Shown here: one piece after another, positions 54,473 to 64,000 of the stretch
Position numbering within the stretch: position 1 is the stretch's first letter
Layout: each line of letters begins with the position of its first letter
Assembly (NCBI GenBank): GCA_963745295.1
Contig: CAVUWG010000003.1
Span: 611,706-675,705 of the forward strand
DNA length: 64,000 nucleotides
Direction: 5' to 3'
Source of the DNA: an uncultured Chloroflexia bacterium
GTDB lineage: Bacteria; Chloroflexota; Limnocylindria; Limnocylindrales; CSP1-4
Notes under the pieces: generated by a model
Database searches by the model: none
Seen by the model: the letters and a program-made list of their open reading frames with translations, nothing else
What the model was told of the DNA's origin: nothing
Program-made: the position numbers and the translations under genes

Positions 54473-55676
54473 ATGACCACCCAGACCCTCGAACGGGAGC
54501 CTGCCTGTCCGGGGCCGACCCTCGGATCCGGCGTGGCCGCGACGCCCGCGGCCAGTGACCTCCGCGTCGAGGATCGCCCGTTCGACGCCATCGCGCGAGC
54601 GACATGGGACGGCCTGGCCGCCCTGAACCCGTGGGCTACGCCCTTCGCGGACTGGGCGTTCCACCGGGCCTGGTGGGATGCGTTCGGCCCGAACGCGCAC
54701 GAGCAGACGCTCGTGGTCGTCCGCGCCGATGCTCCGGCCGATGGGGGGGCCGCGCCGATCGCGATCGTGCCGCTGATGCACCGCCACGAAGTCGAGCCGA
54801 TCCGACGCGCTCACCCATACGACGATGCGCCACGGGGCCGACGCTGACCTGACCCCGGTCCCGCCCGATGCGACGGCGATCTTCTTCGGGGCGTCGTACC
54901 ACGCTGACTACGCGACGGTCCTCGCGGCACCGGCCGACCTGCCGGCCGTGAGCGCCGCGCTGGCCGCGTACGTCGCGACCCCCGCGTCCGGGGCGTGGGA
55001 CGCCATCGACCTCCGCCGGCTCCGCTGCGGCGACCCGTTCGCCGAGGAGCTCGCCGCCGCCCTCGGGGCGGTCGAGATCGCCAACGGCTGGACCCTCAAT
55101 GTCGAACGCGAGGACGTGTGCCCGGTGGTGACGTTACCGGCCGGCCTCGATATCGACGGGTTCCTCTCGACCCTGGGCAAGAAGGAACGCCACGAGATCC
55201 GGCGCAAGGTCCGTCGGGCCGCCGCCGTCGGCGAGGTCCGGCTCGAGGACTCGGCCGACCCGCTCGCCGACCTGGACGCCTTCATCGACCTGCATCAGAA
55301 GCGCTGGGGCGAGGCCGGCCTGTTCCCGCCGACCGTCGGTGGCGACCAGAGCCGGACGTTCTTCCGCCGGATGTTCGAGCTGTGGGGCCCGGCCGGGCCG
55401 ATCCGCCTCACCTTCCTGACGGTCGGCGGCCGCCGGATCGCGGCCGGCATCCACTTCGAGACGGCCGACGGCTACCTCTACTACAACGCCGGTGTCGACC
55501 CTGACGCCCGCGACCTGTCGCCCGGGGTCGTCATGGTCCACGCCTACGTCGAGCGCGCGCTCGCCGAGGGCAAGCGCCGGCTCGACTTCCTCCGCGGCGA
55601 CGAGCCGTACAAGTACGAGTGGGGCGCGGTGGACGAGCCCGTCCAGCGCGTGCTCGTCCGACGGCAGGCCAGGTGA
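54473..55676 (+). CDS. GNAT family N-acyltransferase (CelD/BcsL-like; frameshift near 54800)
   Basis: TPFADWAFHRAWW, ADYATVL, YYNAGVDP...SPG and LDFLRGDEPYKYEWGA motifs. Confidence 0.82.
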
Positions 55677-55677
55677 C

Positions 55678-56884
55678 ATGACCGCCCCGCAGCCATGGGA
55701 TGCCTGTCTCGAGCCGGTCGACCGACCGGTGCTGACGGCCGGCCGGATCCGGGTGGTCCAGGTGCTCGCGACCGGCACCAACGGTGGGGCCCAGGAGCAT
55801 CTCCAGTCGCTCGTGACCCGAATCGACCCGAGCCGCTATGACGTCTCGGTCGTGGCCCTGTCGGGCGGCAGGGCCGTCCGCAAGCTCCAGCGGGCCGACA
55901 TCCCCGTGCTCGTCATCGACGATCCCGACGACGCGATCGCGGTCGGCGCGCTGGCGGCCCATCTGGCCGAGGTCCGCGCGGACATCGTCCACGCCCACAT
56001 GTACCGCGCGGAGACCGTCGCCACGCGGGCGGTCCTGGCCCTCGCCGAGATCGGCCACCGGCGGCCGTACCTGGTCTCGACGATCCACTCGAGCCGGGTC
56101 CGCTCCTCCGAGGACCAAGAGCTTCTGCGAGCCCTGACCCCGCACATGGACCGGCTGATCGCGGTGTCGCGCGCCATCGAGCACAAGCTCGTCGACGAGG
56201 AGCGGACGACCGTCCCGGTCTGCGCTCATCTACAACGGGGTGGACCTCGACCGCTACGACCACCAGGAGCCGTGCTGCACCCTGCCCGAGGAATACGGCA
56301 TGGAACCGGGTTCGCAGATCGTCGGCGTCGTGGCCCGCCTGGAGCCCGAGAAGGGGCACCCCACGCTGCTCGAGGCCTGGCCGGCCGTGCTGCGCGCCGT
56401 GCCCGACGCCTACCTGCTCATCGTCGGCGAGGGAAGCCGCCGGGACGCCCTCGAGGCACAGGCCCGGGAGCTCCAGATCGCGCACCGTGTCGTGTTCACG
56501 GGACGTCGCGACGACGTCCCGGCGGTCACGGCCGCGCTCGATGTCGCGGTGCTGCCCTCCTACCGCGAGGCCCAGGGCCTCTCGGTCCTCGAGGCGATGG
56601 CGCTGTCGCGCCCGGTCGTCGCCTCGAACGTCGGGCGGCATCCCCGAGATGATCGAGGACGGCGTCACCGGTCTGCTGGTCCCGCCTCACGACGCCGAAG
56701 CCCTGGCCACGGCCGATCGTCCGGCTGCTGCGCGACCACCCGTACGCGGACACGCTCGGGCGAGCCGGCCACGACCTCGTCCACGATCGCTTCTGCATCG
56801 AGCTGATGGTCAGCGCCGTCGAGTCGATCTACGACGAGGGAGCGGGCACGGTCCGGCTCATCCGAGGTCGCGGCGGCCGGCTAG
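55678..56884 (+). CDS. GT4 family glycosyltransferase (frameshifts near 56220, 56635 and 56712)
   Basis: GGAQEHL, VHAH, IYNGVD, ARLEPEKGH and PSYREAQGLSVLEAMA motifs. Confidence 0.88.
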
Positions 56885-56933
56885 GACCATCGGGGCGGTG
56901 CCGGCGCGCACCGGGGTTCGCTAGCATCGCCGC

Positions 56934-58459
56934 GTGACCCTGACCCGACTCTGGGCGTTCCTGGCCGTCGCCCTGCCCGTCCTCGCCGCGCTCATCGCGA
57001 ACCTGAGCTCGGTCGATCTCACGTACCACCTGCGGGCCGGCGACGAGATCATCGCCGCCATGGCTCTCCCCACCGTCGACACGTGGACGCTTCACGGCCG
57101 CCGGGGCCACGTGGGTCGATCAGCAATGGGGTGCCCAGGTCCTGTTCGCCGGCGTGTACCAGCTGGGCGGCTGGACGGGTCTCGTCGATCCTGCGCGCAC
57201 TGCTGGTCGGGGTGATCTTCGGGTGCGTGTTCGAGACCGCCACGCGGCGCGGACTCGGCACGCGACGAGCGGCCGCGCTGACATTCGCCGCCTTCGTCGT
57301 CTCCGCCGTCGCGCTCGCCCTGCGGCCGCAGCTGCTCGGGATGGCCCTGTTCGCGGTCGTCCTGCTGCTCGTCGTGGACCGGCGGGCCCATCCCGGCCGA
57401 CTCTGGGCGATCCCCGTCATCGTCGCCGTCTGGGCGAACCTGCACGGGAGCTTCTTCCTGGGCCCGCTCGTCCTCGGTCTTGCCTGGCTCGAGGACGTGC
57501 ACGAGCGGGCGCCGGGGAGCCGCCGCACGCTCCTCGTCGCGGTGGTGAGCGCGGCCGCCGCCTGCCTGACCCCGTTCGGACCGATGGTCTGGGCCTATGC
57601 CGTCGGCCTCTCGACGAATTCGCAGGTCACCGAGCGGATCAGCGAGTGGCAGCCGACCTCGCTCCGGAGCCTGCCGGGCATCCTGTTCTTCGCGTCGGTC
57701 GCGGCGGTCGTCGTCCTCATCGCACGGCGCGGCGCCCGGACGAGCTGGCCGACGCTTGCCTGGCTCGGGGCGTTTGCGGCGATCGGCACGTACGCGATCC
57801 GGGGCGTCGCCTGGTGGCCGCTCGGGGCGGTGGCGGCCATCGCCGGCACACTCGTCACGGAGCCGGACCCGAAGGCCGGCGAGGCCCGAGCCGACCCGCC
57901 GCTGATCCGGCGCCTGAACGTCGTGGTGGCCGGGGCGCTCGTCGTCGCCGGGATCGCGCTCCTGCCCCTTTGGCGACCGCTCGATCCCGGTCTGCAGGCG
58001 CCTGCCGGTGTGGTCGGGAACGCTCCACCCGGGATCACGGCTGCGCTCCGCGACCTGGTCCGACCGGGCGATCGGCTCTTCAATCCGCAGCCCTGGGGAT
58101 CGTGGTTCGAGTTCTCGTTCCGCGACGTGCCGGTCGCGATCGACTCTCGGATCGAGGTCTTTCCGGTCGAGGTCTGGGACACGTACGAACGGGTCGTCGC
58201 GGGCGTCGATGGATGGCAGCGGCAGCTCGACGACTGGGGCGTGACGATCATCGTCACCGCCGGCGATGCGGCCGGTGCGTTCGATGCTCGACTGGTCTCG
58301 GCAGGGTGGACGTCCGTCTACAGCGACGGCGACGGGAGCCTGTTCCGGCGAGCAAGCACCGCTGCGATGACGATCCCGAGGAGCCAGATGGTCGGCTCAC
58401 GGACGGCCCAGAAGACCGCGATCAGTGGGGTGAGCATCGGGACGCTGATCGCCATGTAG
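56934..58459 (+). CDS. Polytopic membrane protein, probable GT-C glycosyltransferase (frameshifts at 57090-57190)
   Basis: DLTYHLRAGDEI, WVDQQWGAQV, LRPQL, WANLHGSF, ISEWQP and IDSRIEVF motifs. Confidence 0.68.
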
Positions 58460-59208
58460 TGGTGCTGGACCGTGGGCGAGAGGATCGGCGTCGCCAACCA
58501 GAGCGCTCGCCGAAGCCCGAGGCCGGCCAGCGCCACGATGGCCACGAGGATCAAGAACGGCGACGTGACGATCGAGTTGTGCAGGCCCTGCTCCCGGAGG
58601 GTCGCCAGGATCTCCGGCAGGCCGGCGAAGAAGTATCCCCATGGCAGGAACGGGAAGGTGACCACGACGAGCACGCCGGCCAGGGCGATGTCCCGGAACC
58701 GACGCTCGGCCAGGAGCGGAAGCACCGCATAGATCTTGATGAGCGGAGCAACGGACGCGAGTCGGCCTCGCCCGAGGACGAGCACCGCCAGGACGGCGAT
58801 GTCCAGGCTCCCGACGACGACCCCCTCCACGATCGGCGGGAACGCGATCCACCAGGCCGGCAGCCCGAGCGATCGGATGGCGAGGATGGCCATCACCAGC
58901 GTGCCGATGATCCAGAACCAGACCGTCACCTCCCCGGGCAGGAAGGCGAACGGCGCGAACGGGATGAGGCTCGTCGGCGGGGCCGCGAAGTACACACCTG
59001 ACACCGATGCCTGCCAGGGATCGCTGCCGGTCAACCAGGCGTGGGCCGCCGCCGCGTAGATCTTGGCATCGATCCCGACGTTGAACGGTTGCATGATCTC
59101 GAGCGTCAACCGGAACCCGGAAAGGGTGATGAAGACGAACGCCGGGATGAGGGCGACGACCCGGCTGTTCGACCAGCGCGATCTCACGGTCAGCCAGCGT
59201 GACTTCAC
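58318..59208 (-). CDS. GT87-like GT-C glycosyltransferase
   Basis: IDAKIYAAAAHAWLTGSDPW, YFAAPP, GSLD and IKIY motifs; GTG start 7 nt after TATCCT. Confidence 0.68.
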   Translation of the reverse strand: MKSRWLTVRSRWSNSRVVALIPAFVFITLSGFRLTLEIMQPFNVGIDAKIYAAAAHAWLTGSDPWQASVSGVYFAAPPTSLIPFAPFAFLPGEVTVWFWIIGTLVMAILAIRSLGLPAWWIAFPPIVEGVVVGSLDIAVLAVLVLGRGRLASVAPLIKIYAVLPLLAERRFRDIALAGVLVVVTFPFLPWGYFFAGLPEILATLREQGLHNSIVTSPFLILVAIVALAGLGLRRALWLATPILSPTVQHHYMAISVPMLTPLIAVFWAVREPTIWLLGIVIAAVLARRNRLPSPSL

Positions 59209-59326
59209 GGACTGAAGGATACGTGCGCCGATGGCGCCGAAGGACGTGTGCCGCCGCAGTACTGGCCATCCGGCGGGACCTTCGTGTCGCGGTGCTGCCG
59301 CGCACCGGGCTGCTAGAGTCGCCGGC

Positions 59327-60532
59327 ATGACGGACACCCGCGCCGATCTCGATGTCGTCGTCCTGGGAGGCGGCGGCCATGTCGGCCTGCCACTGAGCCT
59401 GGCCTTTGCCGAAGCCGGCTTGCGCGTCGGCATCTACGACACGAATCAGGCCACCCTGGACCGGATCGCCTCGGGCGATATGCCCTTCATGGAAAACGGG
59501 GCCGATGAGCTGCTGGACAAGCTGCTCCCGACCGGTCGAATCACGTTCGGGGCCGACGGCTCGATGATCGCCCGCACCGACCAGCTGGTCGTCGTGATCG
59601 GCACGCCCGTGGACGAGTTCCTGGGCCCGTCGATGACGGTCTTCGAGAAGGCCGTCGACCAGATCGCACCGCACCTGCGCGACGGTGCGCTCGTCGTGCT
59701 GCGAAGCACCGTCTACCCAGGAACGACGGCCTACGTGGCCCAGCACCTGGCGGCTCGCGGGTGCAAGGCCGACGTCGCCTTCTGCCCGGAGCGGATCGCC
59801 GAGGGGCACGCGCTCGAGGAGCTTCACACCCTTCCGCAGATCGTCGGTGCCGACGACGACCGCGCTGCCGACCGGGCGACAGCGTTGTTCGGCCACCTGA
59901 CCGCGGCGACCGTGCGAACGACCTCCAAGGAAGCCGAACTCGCCAAGCTCTTCACGAACACGTGGCGGTACATGAAGTTCGCCGTGGCGAACCAGTTCCT
60001 GATGATCTCCGACCAGGCCGGCGTCGACTACACCAACGTCCTTCGGGCCGTGCGCGAGGACTATCCGCGGGCCGCGGACCTGCCTGGGCCGGGTTTCGCC
60101 GCGGGTCCGTGCCTCTTCAAGGACACGATGCAACTGGCGGCGTTCACCTCGGATCATTTCCCCCTGGGCCAGGCGGCCATGCAGGTCAATGAGGGCCTGC
60201 CCGCTTACATCGTCTCGGCGCTCGAACGCCGATACGGGGGCCTGCAGGGCAAGACCGTCGGCATTCTCGGGATGGCCTTCAAGAGCGAATCGGACGACAC
60301 CCGGGCATCGCTGAGCTACAAGTTGCGCAAGCTTCTCGCGTGGGCCGGGGCGCGGGTCCTCGCCACGGATCCGTACGTCCAGGACGATCGGCTCGTCTCA
60401 CTCGAGTGCGTCCTCACGGAGAGTGACGTCCTGATCCTTGGCGCGCCCCACAAGGCGTACCGCGAGCTCCGGATCGGGGGCAAGGACGTGGTCGATGTCT
60501 GGGGCGCGCTCGGCGGGGGCATCCAGCTCTAG
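59327..60532 (+). CDS. Nucleotide-sugar 6-dehydrogenase (WecC/UDP-HexNAc dehydrogenase-like)
   Basis: GGGGHVGLPL, RSTVYPG, FCPERIAEG, GPCLFKD and LGMAFK motifs. Confidence 0.9.
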   Translation: MTDTRADLDVVVLGGGGHVGLPLSLAFAEAGLRVGIYDTNQATLDRIASGDMPFMENGADELLDKLLPTGRITFGADGSMIARTDQLVVVIGTPVDEFLGPSMTVFEKAVDQIAPHLRDGALVVLRSTVYPGTTAYVAQHLAARGCKADVAFCPERIAEGHALEELHTLPQIVGADDDRAADRATALFGHLTAATVRTTSKEAELAKLFTNTWRYMKFAVANQFLMISDQAGVDYTNVLRAVREDYPRAADLPGPGFAAGPCLFKDTMQLAAFTSDHFPLGQAAMQVNEGLPAYIVSALERRYGGLQGKTVGILGMAFKSESDDTRASLSYKLRKLLAWAGARVLATDPYVQDDRLVSLECVLTESDVLILGAPHKAYRELRIGGKDVVDVWGALGGGIQL

Positions 60533-61554
60533 TGCGAATCCTCGTCACCGGCGCCGCCGGGTTCATCAACGGCTATCTCGTCCCCGAATTGCTCGACGCC
60601 GGCCACGAGGTCATCGGGCTCGACGACTTCAGCAAGTACGGCCGCCTGACCAAGTCCTACGACGATCACCCGCACTACCGGTTCGTCGAGGGCGACGCGA
60701 AGGACGCGGCGCTCATGCGCGAGCTCGCCGCGGACTGCGACCAGGTCGTCGCGGCCGCGGCGATGATCGGCGGGATCAGCTACTTCCATGAATTCGCCTA
60801 CGACCTGCTCGCCGAGAACGAGCGGATCCTGGCCTCGACGTTCGATGCCGCCATCGCCGCCCACCGCGACGGGCACCTCGAGCGCATCGTCGTCGTGTCG
60901 TCCTCGATGGTGTACGAGTCGGCGACGGTCTTCCCGACACCCGAAGGCGCCCAGCGGACGTCGCCGCCACCGGTCTCGACGTATGGCTTCCAGAAGCTCG
61001 CGTCGGAGTACTTCGCCTCCGGGGCGTGGGAGCAGTACCGGCTCCCGTACACGATCGTCCGGCCGTTCAACTGCGTTGGCATCGGAGAGCGACGAGCCCT
61101 GCGCGACACCGATGTCATGAGCGGCAACGTGAAACTCGCGCTGTCGCACGTCGTCCCGGACCTTGCGCTCAAGATCCTCAAGGGCCAGGACCCGCTGCAC
61201 ATCCTCGGGGATGGGAGCCAGGTCCGCCATTACACCTACGGCGGCGACCTCGCCCACGGCATCCGCCTCGCGATGGAATCGCCAGCCGCGATCAACGACG
61301 ACTTCAACCTCTCGACCGCGGCGTCCACCACGGTCCTCGAACTGGCCGAATGCCTCTGGCACAAGATCCACGCCGACGGCCGTCCGTTCCGGTACGTGAG
61401 CGACGCGCCGTTCGAACATGACGTCCAACTCCGGGTCCCGGACGTGCACAAGGCGCGCGAGGTGCTCGGCTTCGAGGCCGCGACCTCGCTCGATTCGATG
61501 CTCGACGAGGTGGTCCCCTGGATCCGGAGCGAGGTCGAGGCCGGTCGGCTATGA
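60532..61554 (+). CDS. NAD-dependent epimerase/dehydratase/decarboxylase (extended SDR)
   Basis: TGAAGFI, SSSMVY, YGFQK, RPFN and GDGSQVRHYTY motifs. Confidence 0.9.
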   Translation: MRILVTGAAGFINGYLVPELLDAGHEVIGLDDFSKYGRLTKSYDDHPHYRFVEGDAKDAALMRELAADCDQVVAAAAMIGGISYFHEFAYDLLAENERILASTFDAAIAAHRDGHLERIVVVSSSMVYESATVFPTPEGAQRTSPPPVSTYGFQKLASEYFASGAWEQYRLPYTIVRPFNCVGIGERRALRDTDVMSGNVKLALSHVVPDLALKILKGQDPLHILGDGSQVRHYTYGGDLAHGIRLAMESPAAINDDFNLSTAASTTVLELAECLWHKIHADGRPFRYVSDAPFEHDVQLRVPDVHKAREVLGFEAATSLDSMLDEVVPWIRSEVEAGRL

Positions 61555-62303
61555 CCGTCGCGACCTGGCCGGAGCTGGCGATCGTCCTGCCCGTCTACAA
61601 CGAGGGCGAGGCGGTCGAGCCCGTCCTCCGGGCGCTGTCCGCGGGCGTCACCACCCCCCACGAGCTGGTCGTCGTGTACGACTTCGACGCGGATACGACC
61701 GTGCCCGTCGTGGCGCGACTGGCGGCTGAGATCCCTGGGCTGCGCGGGCTTCGCAACGACCTCGGACGCGGTGTGCTCAATGCGATGAAGGCCGGCATCG
61801 CCGGGACCGACGCGCCGTATGTGCTGATCTCGATGGCCGACGGCTCGGACGAGCCGCACGTCGTCGATCCGATGGTCGCCCTGGCCCGGAGCGGTGCCGA
61901 CGTCGTCGCCGCGTCGCGCTACATGCGCGGTGGCCACCAGGTGGGCGGACCGCCGTTGAAGCGGCTGATGAGCCGGACCGCCGGCTTGACCCTGCACTGG
62001 TTCGCTGGCGTGCCGACCCACGATCCCACGAACAACTTCAAGCTCTATTCGCGGCGATTCCTCGACACGGTGACCATCGAGAGCACGGCGGGCTTCGAGC
62101 TCGCGCTCGAACTGACCGTGAAGGCCACCGTCGCTCGCCGGCGAGTGGCCGAGGTCCCCACGACATGGCGCGACCGGACCGCCGGCCAGAGCAACTTCAA
62201 GCTTCGGAAGTGGTTGCCCCACTACCTGCACTGGTACTGGGCTGCGTTCCGCGGCCGGTTCACCGGTCGCCGCCCGAAGGGGAGCCGCGGTGTCAGCGGG
62301 TAG
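61551..62303 (+). CDS. GT2 polyprenol-phosphate glycosyltransferase (Dpm1-like)
   Basis: LPVYNE, MADGSD, ASRYMRGG, DPTNNFK and EVPTTWRDRTAGQS motifs. Confidence 0.87.
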   Translation: MTVATWPELAIVLPVYNEGEAVEPVLRALSAGVTTPHELVVVYDFDADTTVPVVARLAAEIPGLRGLRNDLGRGVLNAMKAGIAGTDAPYVLISMADGSDEPHVVDPMVALARSGADVVAASRYMRGGHQVGGPPLKRLMSRTAGLTLHWFAGVPTHDPTNNFKLYSRRFLDTVTIESTAGFELALELTVKATVARRRVAEVPTTWRDRTAGQSNFKLRKWLPHYLHWYWAAFRGRFTGRRPKGSRGVSG

Positions 62304-63066
62304 CGGCCCGACCGTCGTGAGCCACCATCGCCGGTCGATCGACCTGGGTCGTTGGCGGCCGATCGGTCGGATCCTCGCGCTCACGATCATCGGCGTCGAG
62401 ATCCTCTGGATCGCGTACGTCATCGTGGCGAGTCTCGGCAATCCGTCGTTCGGGCTCGACTACCGCTGGCACATGGAGGCGGCCCAGCGGCTGCTGGACA
62501 CCGGCACGCCGTACCTCCCGTTCGAGCTGGCCGGGCCGTTCGTCATCGGCGAGGGAGCGATCCTCTACCCGCCGACCGCGTTCCTGCTCTTCATCCCGTT
62601 CCTGTGGCTGCCGGCGATCCTCTGGTGGGTCATCCCGATCGCGATCCTGGCGTACGGGCTGTGGTGGCACCACCCGCCGCTCTGGGCCTGGGTCGTCATC
62701 GTCTCGATGCTCGCCTTCGAGAAGTCGCTCAACGTCTACGTCTTCGGGAATCCGTCGATGTGGATCGTGGCCGCGATCGCGGCCGGCACGATCTGGCGCT
62801 GGCCGTTCGTCTTCGTCTTCGCCAAGCCGACGTTCGCGCCGATCGCGCTGCTCGGGGTCCGTCGCCGGAGCTGGTGGGTGGCGCTCGCCGTGCTCGGGGC
62901 GTTGTCGCTCCTGTTCCTGCCGGTGTGGCTCGACTGGATCACGGTCGTCCGGAACTCGGATGTGTCGCTCCTGTACAACCTGCCGACCTTGCCGCTCATG
63001 CTTGCGCCGCTCGTGGCGTGGGCGACGAGTCGGCGGACGCCGGTCTTCTTCCCAGCACCGGCGTGA
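62290..63066 (+). CDS. GT87-like GT-C glycosyltransferase (short)
   Basis: LDYRWHMEAAQRLL, ILYPP, GNPS and AKP motifs. Confidence 0.7.
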   Translation: MSAGSGPTVVSHHRRSIDLGRWRPIGRILALTIIGVEILWIAYVIVASLGNPSFGLDYRWHMEAAQRLLDTGTPYLPFELAGPFVIGEGAILYPPTAFLLFIPFLWLPAILWWVIPIAILAYGLWWHHPPLWAWVVIVSMLAFEKSLNVYVFGNPSMWIVAAIAAGTIWRWPFVFVFAKPTFAPIALLGVRRRSWWVALAVLGALSLLFLPVWLDWITVVRNSDVSLLYNLPTLPLMLAPLVAWATSRRTPVFFPAPA

Positions 63067-64000
63067 CCGCCGCGCTCGAGGCGGCGCCCGGCAAGCCGTG
63101 GTGGCGGATCGCCTGGTACCCGGCCGCGTTTCCCGCGGCGATCATCGTCCAGGCGTGGGCTGCGGCCTTCATCCACCCGGCGACACTCGTTCGACCCCTC
63201 GTCGTCGCGGTCGTGGCGACCCTGGCCGTCACGCTCGTGCTGTCCGCGCTCTGCCGGAACCGGGACCTCGGGGCGTTGGCAACGATGGCGATCGTGCCGT
63301 TGGTGATGGCCCCGGTCCTTCCGTTGGGCGCTCTTGTGCTGTTGCTGACCGCGGTGCTCATCGTCGCCGTCGGACTGGCGAAACGCGGGCGGCCATGGCC
63401 GATCGGGCAGAAGGTCACGCGGCTGATGTCCGCCGTCGCGACGATCGTCCTGCTCGCCGTCGGGATCTCGTTGGTCCAATCGGGAGCGTTGGCGCGCGGG
63501 GTGGGCGAGATCGCCAAGGACGCCGAGGGCCGAGGGCCGATCGGGGTGGCGGCACCCGACGCGCCCGACATCTACCTCATCATGCTCGACGGCTATCCGG
63601 GCGTGAGGGCTCGCGCGCTGGACCCGTCCTACCCCCCAGCGATCTCGCCCCGGCGCTCGCCAGCCGCGGGTTCGACATGGCTCCAGTGACCCACTCGAAC
63701 TACCTGCAGACGACATCGACCCTGGCATCGCTCTTCCAGATGCGCCACCTCGCTGGGCTCCCTGAGCTGGCCGCGCCGTGGGGCCCGGAGCCCGGGGACA
63801 ACCAGCGCCTGCGCATGCTGCTCAACGACGCGCCGGCCCTCGACGCCCTGCGCAGCCTCGGCTATCAGTCGGTGGCCACGGCCTCGGGGTTCGCCGAGGT
63901 CGACCTGCGTCGCGTCGATCGACTCATCGAGCCGGCCCAACCGACGGAGTTCGAGGTCAGCGTGATCCGCGGGACCGGCATGGCTCGTCTGCTCCAGTCG
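63063..64000 (+). CDS. Membrane-anchored sulfatase-like/LtaS-like enzyme, paralog 4 (frameshift near 63640-63680; 3' partial)
   Basis: PDIYLIMLDGYPG, then HSNYLQT and SGFAEV in another frame. Confidence 0.7.

Overview
High-GC bacterial chromosomal window with no rRNA, tRNA, CRISPR or mobile element recognisable by eye. Gene content (monoderm-type Tad locus, Firmicutes-like core synteny) suggests Chloroflexota, possibly Limnocylindria; that assignment is inference only. 1-20 kb is a housekeeping block: DUF1385-prfA-(glycogen debranching-like insert)-prmC-HAD-tsaC-glyA-WecA/TagO-PKD protein-atpIBEFHAGDC-murA-mreB. 17.3-26.3 kb is riddled with single-base frameshifts, including in essential genes, most likely from sequencing error. 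26-38.5 kb (minus strand) holds two DegS-like soluble kinases flanking a DegU/NarL regulator, four Flp pilins, cpaB-cpaE-cpaF-tadB-tadC, DUF192, comF and hpf. 38.5-64 kb is a dense envelope-glycan island: about 9 GT-C-type membrane glycosyltransferases, 4 paralogous LtaS/EptA-like Thr-nucleophile membrane enzymes, 2 polyprenol-phosphate GT2s, a sugar dehydrogenase/SDR pair, a GNAT, a fused membrane/spermidine-synthase protein and a tiny YIDPGSGS membrane peptide. Best candidates for undescribed systems: (i) a kinase + ATPase-dead pseudokinase + regulator (with a c-di-GMP-like YxGPxRR motif) module next to a multi-pilin Tad pilus whose CpaE has an intact receiver, and (ii) the lipid-linked extracytoplasmic glycan assembly island.
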